A DNA stretch of 49,048 nucleotides from IMG/VR virus record IMGVR_UViG_3300034120_003123. One strand, written 5' to 3'. The position numbers and the translations under genes are program-made. The notes below the pieces were generated by a model. It had not been told where the DNA came from and made no database searches. It worked only from the letters and a program-made list of their open reading frames with translations. Shown here piece after piece: positions 1 through 11,000 of the stretch (position 1 is its first letter; every line of letters starts with the position of its first letter). This DNA is from an uncultured virus (IMG/VR IMGVR_UViG_3300034120_003123) (Duplodnaviria; Heunggongvirae; Uroviricota; Caudoviricetes).

Positions 1-3000
1 TATATTATTTCGAGTAAAACGATGCACGCCTAATTCGGTCGTATTGCCATCATTATCAACTGCATTTGTGAGCATGTATAGAGAATGAGACTTGATTGAC
101 TCTATACCAGCATTAACTAGCTCTAAATTTGCAACTTTGTCATTTAAAGAATGAGATATATCAGCATAATACGCTATTTGATTAAATGGCTTATGAGCCC
201 TACTGCCTTCATTAAGATCAGAATTATTTTTATATAATATACAAGTAGATGCAAAGTCTCTTCTTGCCCAGCCACCTGATGGTAATTTAAATGAAGAATA
301 CTGTCTAATTACTTTTACTTCTGCATCCTGATCTATATATTTATCAAAAAATATACAATCATTTTTTAAACCATCTGAAGCATACTGGAAATATACGTGA
401 ATGTTCTCTAATTTACCGTTTACCTGTACAGTGGGAAAATCATCATGACCAAAAATAGTAATTGTTGAAGAAAAATCTACATGATCAGAATATCTGTCTA
501 GATTATATATAATTTTTGTTTTACCCTCAAGACATGCGACTAAGTATGGACCAAAGTTAGAAAGTGAATATATCAATTTTCTAGTTCCACTTTCTGCAGT
601 TTCTATGTCAATAGGTTTTATATTAATACTGTCATTATATTTACAGTTGACTATACTATCAGTAACATAAACTCCATCGTTGGTAGTAATTAAGAGTCTA
701 CCATATTTTGCAGTCACACGCTTAAAAGACATACTTGTACTATAAAAAATTCTTTTAAATTCTTTTTCATTAGATCTTTTTCTATAAATACCATTTTCTC
801 CAACTGCAAACAATACATTCTGATGGCTTATAATGTGATAAAAGACAGGGGTCTTCCTCAAGTCTTGATCTCTAATAAAAGAATCTCCGCTATCTAATGA
901 ATAAAATATACCAAATTCAGTACTTACATAAAATATACTTTGATCATCGTTTGTCCACATCCCGTAAACCTCAGTGCTAGATCCAGAGAAAAATCCTATC
1001 TGATCTATCTTGATATTTGAAACGTCACCAAAAAAAGATTCATTATTATTTTGATAGTTAGCAGCACTTGCAGTTTTTACTCTAAAAATCCCAATATCTG
1101 AACTGATCATTACGGTCCCATCTTTCAGTTCAACTGCATCTCTGAAAACATGAGCATTAAAGTTTAAAGCCTGCTGAGCGTATGCAAGTCCGATTCCGCC
1201 ATTAGAAGATACTTTTAGTATATCAAAACTTCTAAAGTTTAAACAATATATTGATTTAGATATGGGCATATATACAATTTTATGACAAGGACCAGAGTCC
1301 TGTGGTGGCTCAGAAGCAATCAACAAGCTCATAGAAAAAGAATCGCCGTTTTGCCAATAATAATACACTCCACGACTAGTAGAAAATATAAAGTTTTCTG
1401 TTCCAGGTATGTTAAAAGAATCATAAACTAAATAATGCCTTGTTTTGTTAAGAGGGAATCCAACTTTAGACAAAAAACCATCAGATAATTCTAGATCATT
1501 AAATTCAAAATCAGACATTTCTGATAAAGTATTGTTTTGCTGGTTATATAATAAATAGTTTCTTTTTTCATTTCTAGTGACTAAAAATTTGAACCCGTCT
1601 ACGGATTCAGCAATACAATCAAGAGCAGACATTTTCTCTCCATATATCCCAGAATGTCCTAGATCAGGTATACTATCTATCTTGATTTTACCAGAACCTA
1701 ATTGCTGTGCAAATACAGAACTTAGTCTTTCTTTAGGCAAATTATTATCAAATTCTCCATCACAATATATAACTAATTTTATTTCTGGTAATGAATCATA
1801 TATCTGCGTGGTTTTTTCTTGGCCAGACAAGGGGGCAAGCTGTGACGAAAATTTAATTAGCTTTCTTTCTGGTAAAAATTCATAATTAATAGGAGAAACT
1901 TCTCCATTTAACAATATAACAACTTCGAAATTTGAAGGAAGCTTCGGGATACGATCAACAACAAAAAATCGCTGATAGTTGTCAGAATTAAATGATGTGA
2001 ATACGTATTCTTCACTTAAAGATACTCTCATATCTACATCATCAGAATAAGCTAAATGTCTATGATTTTCAATCTTATCTGACAATTCAGGCATCACAGA
2101 TGAAGAGCCAAGTAAAACTGATTTTCTTTTATCAATGACATCCATAGAATCTATGCCCACAACAACTTCAGCAAGAAGCACTCCATCATTTATAGTTTCA
2201 TCATTTGTTATAATTACTGCAGACTGGGTAGTTACAGGTATAGCTAAGTATCTATAAGATCCACTTTTTATAAGCACACTTTTATCAATGAATTCATATT
2301 CTCCAGTAGACAGCGAGCCAACTAATTTGAATTCTTCCATATCAAAACTTCTATAAATCTTAAATCCATCAAAATCACCACTCTGTTTATTTATTTTTAC
2401 AATGACATCATTATTACTTTGATCTACGGATATGTCTGGAACAAACTCATTATTATATAATTTATTGACTTTTTTTACTGCAGTAGTTACATCATTTTCC
2501 ATTAATCCAAAAAATACAGGAGAAGTTTGCTTCAACAATCCAACAGTAGTAACTCTGTAAATATAGTAATTTCCAGGAGTGACAGAGTAATCAACAAACT
2601 CATGATTGTTTGCATCTACATAACCTACATAAGTCCATTGAGCATTTCTTTCATTTTGAAAGCTTATTACATCGCTTGTCCCAATGTCAATTCTATATAC
2701 TTGATATCTAGAAACATATTCTGAAGGAGATGGTATCCAAGAAACTTTTAAAAAGTTTTCTTGGGCAGATAATATCTGCATCATAGGAGCTTTTTCTGGA
2801 TTAACTTGCCATGTACTTGGAGTGTCAAAATAATATTCCGATACAGCACTTTGGTTGCCAGTAAAATCATATAAATAAACAGATATACTGTATCTTCTGT
2901 CAGGAAGCACATAGGCATCTTCAAGCGTATATGAAGTTGTATTCCCAATCTCGTCAGAAATATCTAACTGATAATCTCCAACTATTATGCTCTTTTGAAT

Positions 3001-5016
3001 ATCAGAGAAAGAAAATCCATTATTTAAAGTTAGAAGCTCCACCGTATATGAAATATTTTCTCCAAAAGATTCAGTGATCCCAGGTTTAAAATCAACAGGC
3101 TCTGCACTTATTGCTCTATCAAATAAATTTTCTTTATCATTGTAATAGGATATATTTTGTATATTAAAAAATTGAGATAATCCTATAGAAATAGATTTAG
3201 CAAATCCAGACCCAGGCACAAAGGTTAACTTTATCACCGCAGGAGTGCTATTGAAAGCGTCTACTACATCTGAAAATGATTTATTTTCTGTAGATATTAA
3301 AATTTCTTTTGAAGATGATAAAACTTCAATCTTGACTCCTGAAAACCCGTCTAAAGATAAATTGTTGTTTAAATATTCTATTCTATCTTCATCTATTTTA
3401 CATATTATATAAGACCCTGTAAATCCAATTTTAAAAGGCGGAATATCTTCAAAAATAGCAGAGATTATTCCATTTGAATTTGACCCACTACTTGTTATTG
3501 ATTCAAATCTTATCGCAGGAGATGCGATATTAGTGTAATTATACTGAGTACTTATTATAGGTGCACTTTTAACAACAACTTTTTGTTTTAAAATTTCAGA
3601 TATTTTATCTACAGACCATGTAAATAGTATGGTACTGTCATTTTGTAAAGAACCAGAAATATTAAAAGCTTTAGATGGAGGCGTCACATCTCCAGTTGCT
3701 ACAGTAATATATCTGCCAACGCTTTCCATTCCATTAACTACTCTGGTAAGTCTTATTAAGTATGTTGTATTATCTTTTAATGGCTCATTAACTAATTGAT
3801 TTTGTGAATTCTTTCTTAAATAACTAGAAAATTTTATGTGATTTGGGATAAATGAATCTGTTGGCTCACCCTGTATTGAAAAAGTACCATTAACCCTTAA
3901 TTCCCATACCTGATAACGAACACTAACAACAAAGCCCTCCAGTTCCTTTAGCTCACCTGCAGATAAATCTGGCAAACCTGGATCTATATTTGGATCGGAC
4001 CATGTAATATCTATAAAAGAGCGCATGGTATTTTCAATATAGGCTGGCGAAAATACGCCATAAATTGAATCTGAATCTCTGGCTCCTGGATGAAAGCTTG
4101 GAACAGCAGTTATTGTTGAATCTGAAGACTCTACTCCAAATGAACTGACGGCTCTTATAGATATTGAGCATACAACACCATTTTTTAAATTTGAAAAAAC
4201 AGTATGATTTATGTTGTTTGCAACAACTCTTTCTTGTAAAACTCCAGCCTGATTTAAAGTTACCAAGTAATAATCAACATTTTTACTAAAAGAATGTTTC
4301 CAATTCACACATACACTTCTATGAGCAGGAAAGCATTTTAAAGATGATGGCATATCTGGCACGGAAAAATCTCCCTGGCTTACGTAAATAAAAGAATCAG
4401 AAACATCTGACATAAAACCATTGACATCTTCTATTGTTAACCAGTAATAATAAGTGACGCCAGCAGTGATACCATCATCAGTGAATTTAATATTTGGATA
4501 ATCTATAACGGACACTGGCTCTGCAGTGTTAAACAGATCACTTGTTGATCTATATATTCTTATTTTTTTAGCATCTGCTGGCAATGGACTATCAATTTCA
4601 ATATCCACACTGTAAGGACTAATAGTCTCAAATTTAACATTTTCTATCATCCTGTCAACACCAGTATCAGTATAATTAATTGTTTCAATATTACTTGATC
4701 TTCCAAATATCAAAGTTCCAGAAGAACCATTGTTAATTCTAACATAACTAGTGCCAATATAGCCAACTTCAAAAACTTGGTCTACTGCATTCTCAAACAT
4801 TTTTCCATCTATACAAAATACTCCACTTTCAATTTTAATTGAATTACCAGAAATCTTTGATACCCTTAATCCATTAACTACTCCAGAACCAATCAAAGAA
4901 GAAAGATATGACAATTCTTCGTCAATGATTTCAAACCTTTTTTTGTCTTTGGAGGCAGAATAAATTTCGCCTCTAGAAAAAAATGGAAGATTAAATTTTT
5001 CAGTATAAAATGTCAT
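1..5016 (-). CDS. Large tail fibre/adhesin-like protein (>1672 aa, 3' end outside window); N-terminal attachment domain, fibronectin type III array, C-terminal beta-propeller-like region
   Basis: Not in the ORF track. The ATG at 5016-5014 overlaps the upstream TAA (TAATG). My translation begins MTFYTEKFNLPFFSRGEIYSASKDKKRFEIIDEELSYLSSLIGSGVVNGLRVSK, and the frame was open in every segment I checked down to base 1 (...VDNDGNTTELGVHRFTRNNI). FN3-like motifs: IRIYRS...FTDDGITAGVTYYYWLTIEDVNG, VLPDRRYSISVYLYDFTGNQS, FDGFKIYRS. Later GVYY/GIFRV/GIFYSLDSG propeller-like motifs. Confidence 0.85.
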   Translation of the reverse strand, partial: MTFYTEKFNLPFFSRGEIYSASKDKKRFEIIDEELSYLSSLIGSGVVNGLRVSKISGNSIKIESGVFCIDGKMFENAVDQVFEVGYIGTSYVRINNGSSGTLIFGRSSNIETINYTDTGVDRMIENVKFETISPYSVDIEIDSPLPADAKKIRIYRSTSDLFNTAEPVSVIDYPNIKFTDDGITAGVTYYYWLTIEDVNGFMSDVSDSFIYVSQGDFSVPDMPSSLKCFPAHRSVCVNWKHSFSKNVDYYLVTLNQAGVLQERVVANNINHTVFSNLKNGVVCSISIRAVSSFGVESSDSTITAVPSFHPGARDSDSIYGVFSPAYIENTMRSFIDITWSDPNIDPGLPDLSAGELKELEGFVVSVRYQVWELRVNGTFSIQGEPTDSFIPNHIKFSSYLRKNSQNQLVNEPLKDNTTYLIRLTRVVNGMESVGRYITVATGDVTPPSKAFNISGSLQNDSTILFTWSVDKISEILKQKVVVKSAPIISTQYNYTNIASPAIRFESITSSGSNSNGIISAIFEDIPPFKIGFTGSYIICKIDEDRIEYLNNNLSLDGFSGVKIEVLSSSKEILISTENKSFSDVVDAFNSTPAVIKLTFVPGSGFAKSISIGLSQFFNIQNISYYNDKENLFDRAISAEPVDFKPGITESFGENISYTVELLTLNNGFSFSDIQKSIIVGDYQLDISDEIGNTTSYTLEDAYVLPDRRYSISVYLYDFTGNQSAVSEYYFDTPSTWQVNPEKAPMMQILSAQENFLKVSWIPSPSEYVSRYQVYRIDIGTSDVISFQNERNAQWTYVGYVDANNHEFVDYSVTPGNYYIYRVTTVGLLKQTSPVFFGLMENDVTTAVKKVNKLYNNEFVPDISVDQSNNDVIVKINKQSGDFDGFKIYRSFDMEEFKLVGSLSTGEYEFIDKSVLIKSGSYRYLAIPVTTQSAVIITNDETINDGVLLAEVVVGIDSMDVIDKRKSVLLGSSSVMPELSDKIENHRHLAYSDDVDMRVSLSEEYVFTSFNSDNYQRFFVVDRIPKLPSNFEVVILLNGEVSPINYEFLPERKLIKFSSQLAPLSGQEKTTQIYDSLPEIKLVIYCDGEFDNNLPKERLSSVFAQQLGSGKIKIDSIPDLGHSGIYGEKMSALDCIAESVDGFKFLVTRNEKRNYLLYNQQNNTLSEMSDFEFNDLELSDGFLSKVGFPLNKTRHYLVYDSFNIPGTENFIFSTSRGVYYYWQNGDSFSMSLLIASEPPQDSGPCHKIVYMPISKSIYCLNFRSFDILKVSSNGGIGLAYAQQALNFNAHVFRDAVELKDGTVMISSDIGIFRVKTASAANYQNNNESFFGDVSNIKIDQIGFFSGSSTEVYGMWTNDDQSIFYVSTEFGIFYSLDSGDSFIRDQDLRKTPVFYHIISHQNVLFAVGENGIYRKRSNEKEFKRIFYSTSMSFKRVTAKYGRLLITTNDGVYVTDSIVNCKYNDSINIKPIDIETAESGTRKLIYSLSNFGPYLVACLEGKTKIIYNLDRYSDHVDFSSTITIFGHDDFPTVQVNGKLENIHVYFQYASDGLKNDCIFFDKYIDQDAEVKVIRQYSSFKLPSGGWARRDFASTCILYKNNSDLNEGSRAHKPFNQIAYYADISHSLNDKVANLELVNAGIESIKSHSLYMLTNAVDNDGNTTELGVHRFTRNNI

Positions 5017-8000
5017 TAGGATAAGTAGTTGAATTTTATTAAACGCCCGTCTTCTAGTTCAAACATAAATGCGAATCCCTTTAGTACAGGCACTCCAGAA
5101 GATGATCCGCAAGCGATATCAGAATTAACGTACACGACACGGAAAGTATAATTCATAGACTCTACACTTCTTGATGTAGCACTTTGGTTCAAGTCAAAAT
5201 AACTTATAGTAACATAATAAGTTTTAGTGGAGTCAAACTTAGATATTTCTTGGTTAATAAAGCTTAAAGAAATAACAGATGACTGATTAGGCTCTAAGAT
5301 CAGACCTCCAAGAGGATAGTCGAAAAAGTCTGCTAAATATTTGAAATTAGTAGCTGGATATAAACTAGAATAAGATTTGACAATATTTTGTCTTAATTCG
5401 TCTTCATAGAATGCAACTTCAAAATGAAGATTTTGCACAGTATCTTGTTGATTAATATATGTGAAATTTATATCATTTACAAAATTAACGCCACATACTT
5501 TTCTAAATGGTATCAAATTCCCATACTGACTCACATTTGCGCCTTCTATAACTGAAACTTTAACAAAATAATTTGAGTCACAAGCGAGCTCTGCGCCAAA
5601 TGGGATGAAGTGGAACCTATATCCAAACCCAGAAGGAATATTCACTCCTCCACCTCCTGGGAATGGGTTTCCATTTACTCTAAAAAGCTGAGGAGAAGAT
5701 AAAGAATCAAAAGAAGAATTAAGAACTTGCATATTTTGATCTTCAAAAATATCTATTTTAAAATCAACAAGTCTTGAATTTCCTGTAGTATTTTCAAAAT
5801 CAAAATAGATAGAATTAGAAAGTATACTACCAAGACCTTGTAAACTTCCTAAATCACTTCCCGCAGGTACATCTGAAACATTTTGTGGCGACACAAATCT
5901 AAATCCCACGCGCAATTTCTGTCCTTGATTGCTATTATCAAAACTAAATATTCTATTTTCTGGGATAATTTGATATTGAGAAAAATCTGTTGCATCTCTT
6001 CCAGACACACCAACAATTATATCAGAACCTACTGGCAAATCTTTCTCTAAAGTAATAATGCCCCTCTTGATATTTGCAGGCAATGGGAAGGTGTTTGTGA
6101 AGAAATGACTTGCAGACCCTGCGTTGTTTGTTATAACAATTTTAGATACATATGGAGACGTGTTAACAAGTGAACGCATTACTACTTTAATCTGCAAATA
6201 TTGACCATTCAAAAAAGATATATCTACGTTATTAGAGTTTTTATCTATTTCAAAAGTAAATGGCTGACTCAATATACCACTGCGAGAATCAGATACTCTG
6301 ATATAAAATCTTATGTCTGTCCCATCTGGAGAAAAACCTTCCCAAGCAAATTTGCCCCAAGATACATGACCCGTAGTACCATTAAATACTTCACTTAAAT
6401 ACACTCCTGTCTCTTTCATTATTCTTTCAGAAGAATAAAAAGGCGCATCTCCATTTATATAATACACTACATTTCCACTGCCATCTACTTCCAACATTTT
6501 TGATTGCAGATAAGTAGCGGCTAGCTCTTCTGAAGTCAACACAAGAGTCAAATCATCATTATAGCCATCTGGAGGAGCAATTGTGTCTGGAGCAGATTTA
6601 ATATCAGTTTCATTTCCGGCGTTATCTATTAATTTAACGAATACCCTTCTTTCTTGAGAGCCTTCAGGTTGAACAGACTTGACCTGACTGTTAGAGCAGA
6701 ATATTAATCTGTCATTTTCGTCAATAACAAAATCATTAATATCTGAATCTGCAGTTCCCTCTAATGTCCAAGCGTTTTTAAAACTGTAAAGCTTACTGCC
6801 GACTCCAGCATATATTCTAGAAGTATTATCCGAAAGCTGGATAGTCTTCAATACATTGATGTTGGACGGAACTGTTTTAAATGAGTCTATAAAACCTACA
6901 TCATTATCTTTTGCTCTTATAATCACACCTCTTCCTGCAGTACCGCCAAACACTGCAGTTCCTAATGTAGTTAAAGATAGAATGGCATCTGAAGAATCTG
7001 CATGGATTATCTCTACAACTCCAGATGCAATATCTATTCTATAAATATAACCAGAATCATAAGTGCCAGCAAACAAGAACCGTTCAAACCCAGATAATGA
7101 CAAAATGGCCTTGTCAAGTCTATTTTTAAAACTAGACACAGATTCCCCATTGTAAACAACTATAGATCCATTTGGATCAGAAGACAAAGACCCATCCGTG
7201 CCAATATAAAGATTTTGATCAAATGTAGACATAAAAGCAGAAGTAGCCCCAGACCCTGGCAACACTGCGATCTCTGTAAATGTCTGCATATCTGTAGTCT
7301 TAATAACCTTGCCAGAATTAATTCCGCTTATTGATCTTGTTCCTATGATGAGAGATGAGCCAAATTTATGCACAAATCCAATTGCAAAATCATCATTTCC
7401 ATTTTCTAAAATTGCCAATGGAATATCAGAAAAAGAACCTGAAGTTTCTCTTTCATAAATTCTTATTGGTGATGATGTAAACGCATATAGTTTTTGAACT
7501 GAATTGGGTCTAGTAAAAGTGATAAGCTTAGAGAAATTGTCTGTATCACTTTCAAATATACTTGCATTATTGCTTAGAGCAGATATCAGATTATGACCTA
7601 CAGTTGGCCTAAACGGAATGGGATCTATAGGCGTACTACCGTCCGAAGTGAAATTGTCATAATTAGATATAACCATTGAGGCGATACCGCTTACTGCGTC
7701 ATAAGGCGTATTTTGAGATGGAGGGTCTATGCCTAAATATATGGAATCAGGACCAGTTTGCGATATAAATTTAACCTTACCACTAGGCGGAGTTCTATCT
7801 AATATTACTTCATCATAAGGAAGAGATATATTCTCGTCACTCACTGCTATATAGTCAGAGTTGCCATGCACGACGGCATAAGACTGACCATTATCAAAAA
7901 GAATACTTTTTACATTTCTTGTCTCTACGCCAAATGCGGCTTTTTCTGCGCCATTTTGAGAAAAATTGTTTTCTAGAACAATATCTGTTCTCAAATTAAA

Positions 8001-11000
8001 AGTTACTTTATCATTAGGCAGTAACGATGTCAAGAAATTAATCACTTGTTGCTTAGCGCTAAATTCATAACCTCTATTTATTGCATTTCCATTTATAAAA
8101 ACTTGTACCACAAATTTATTTATATTTGGATCATTCAAAACATAACTTGGTAAACTAAACTTCAATTCCTTATTGACAATAGATCTTGCATTTTCAGAAG
8201 AAATAATATCCAGTAATTCTGATCCAAAAAATACACTCTTTGGAAGCTTCCTCATAAGAACGGGATCACTATTAAGGATAACTATCAGTCCATTTTGACT
8301 GGATATCAGTAAATATTTGCCGTACTCTTCCGTGTTAATCAATTTGCCGGAATCAAATCTTTGACTTGTTTGATTAGAGGAAGAAACGCCATTAAAAGTA
8401 GAAATTGGATAATTAGATATTAATGGAATTTCATCAAATGATGCCCCATTCATATATGCAACTTTTCTTTCAAAAGTGCATATTCTGCTATATGCATCTT
8501 TGGCATAGACTGACTTTACTATGCTTCCTGGGAGGCCGTCTTCGATACCGTAATATGTAAGATTGCCAATTTGACCAAAAAATAATCCCAAATTAGTTGA
8601 CACTGAAATGTTATTACTATTATCGATGGTAATATCATTAATATCAAAAATATTAGATAAAGAAGGACTACTAGTAGATGAGGTAAATTCCAACTGTAGC
8701 TTGGGAAGCTGACTATTTTCATTACCTGAACTGTCAGCAAAGCTTGAATTAGGTATTTGATTTCTTATTTCTAAAATATAGTCTTTTATCAAACATGTTT
8801 GACCTATTTTTCCAACAACCATATTGCCAGTACCATTGAAATTAATTTTAATATTTTTATTGACATCAAACGTAAAATCATTAATTGAAACTTCAAACCA
8901 TCTAAAATGGTCTGCTGAAATTAATAACTTGCAACTATTGTCTATATGCATAAAAACAAACATGTTTCCAAAGGGATCAATAAATGCATCTTTTATAACG
9001 TATGAAGCATTGCCAATAATAGATGCTAAATTATTATTGTCCCATAAGCTAGATTCCCAAGAGTTAAACACTTGGTCACTTGCATAGTCGTAATAATATA
9101 TGCCACTTTTTCCTATCATCCATACATCCCCATCATCAGCCACAAAAGACTTTATAATTGGATCTGATGGCATAATGTGCGTTAGATATCCGACTTTTCT
9201 ATAAGATAGTGGGTTTCTTGCACCAGAAACTGAGTAACTCACAGATTTAATAGTCATTCCAGTAGACACATAATTACTAGCGTCTCCGATTAAAAGACTT
9301 TTACGCACAAGTGCATCACTAACAGGATTCAAAGAAAAACTATACGGATCTTGGTTATCAAAACCCAATATATTTGAAGGTAAACTTACGTCAAGCTCAT
9401 ATATATATGCTCTAGTATTTTCATCTGAAAAATCATCATACAACAATGTGCTGATAAAGTTATTAGAAGAAATTAATTTTGGTAAAGCGACGCTAGAAGA
9501 GCCTCCAAGTCTACCTATGTCAAGTCTTGAGTCATACCCGCCCTCAGTAGATCCAGAATCATTTACTATAGAACTACCAGACGATAGCCAAGATCTATAT
9601 ACTCTACTCCATCTGGCAAAATAATACCCATTATCTGCGAGCTTTCCAGTCTCTGTTTGAGTTAATAGATTTGGAGAATATGGATCCGTAAAGTCAAAAG
9701 AAGATGTTGCAAGGTCTTTGGCTATATAATCATTCGATTTTTTCCAGCACAGTATCAAATCGCCAGAAGAATCCACTAAAGATATGGAAGGCTCAACGGA
9801 ATGTGAAATTTCATTTATAGACACAATTGAACTAGGCAAGTCATAAAAATTTAGCTCAGCAGAACATTGTCTATAAAATATTTTATAAGCATTCTCTATA
9901 ATATCTTGATAAACAATATGCACGTTTCCATCTTTATCTGCAATGATATCAGATAAGTCAGCTTTTGATATGCCAGGATTGCTAACAAGCTTTCCTATTT
10001 CTAGGCCACTTTCATTTGTCCAAGAATGTAAGGCTATATTGTATTTAGCTATCTTTATATGACTATTTCCATTTGGATCCAATTCAGTCCAAGTTGCATA
10101 TAAATAATTCATTCTTCCCGATACTGCAGGATTGTATGCAGCATATCCACTGGAACTAATTGCTCTAGCATCATCTCCAACGCCCACCCAATTCCTTGCA
10201 AACGAGTCAAAATATGCATGCATAATTTCGTATACGCCAGTCCTAGAGTCAGACCAAAGTACATGAACCCCATCATTTTCGTCCAGTATCATAGAAGGCC
10301 TGATAGACGAGCCTCTATCATTGCTTATATTAAATTGAGTACTCCAGCCAATGTCGTTTTTACTTATAACTATGATATCAGAATGGTCATATGCAAATGT
10401 TTCATAAGATACATATATATAGCCAGAGGCAGTTACTACAAAATCAAATGACTTGATTGACGACATGTATACAGGTACTGTATAAACTGCAGAAAATTGC
10501 CCACTTTCTAAAGATTCAACATATCGTATACTGTCATAGTCTCCATCATCTTCAATCCACATAACGTATGTTTTAGAATTAACATTGAATATTTTGTGGT
10601 TAGTTATATTCCTAGATATATTAGATATGGGATTTAATGCAAAACTGTCAAGCAACACATAGTCACGGTCTGCAGAAGACTTCTTCCACAATTTTACCCT
10701 ACCATCAATTCCATTAAATCTTAGCTTAGTCATTTCAGACAAATCTATAGGAATATTTTTTCCTATCTTTGCTATTCTAATTGACGAATTACTAAAAGAT
10801 ATTTCTTGATCATACGAGCCATCATTAATGTAAATGCCTAAAAAGTTTTTGTCAGAAAATCCAACTGGCCTTAGACTATCTTCTAATGGATTAACCTTAC
10901 ACTCTATTTCTAGAGAATACCCAGATGCACTATTTGCACTATCAAACCATGGAGATCCTGGGCTGTTATGAGATATGAAAGCTCTTCCACCAGAGAAAGA

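Noticed and set aside
1..5013. Apparent 5-kb non-coding gap in the ORF track
   Set aside because: It is an open minus-strand frame whose stop codon lies outside the window.
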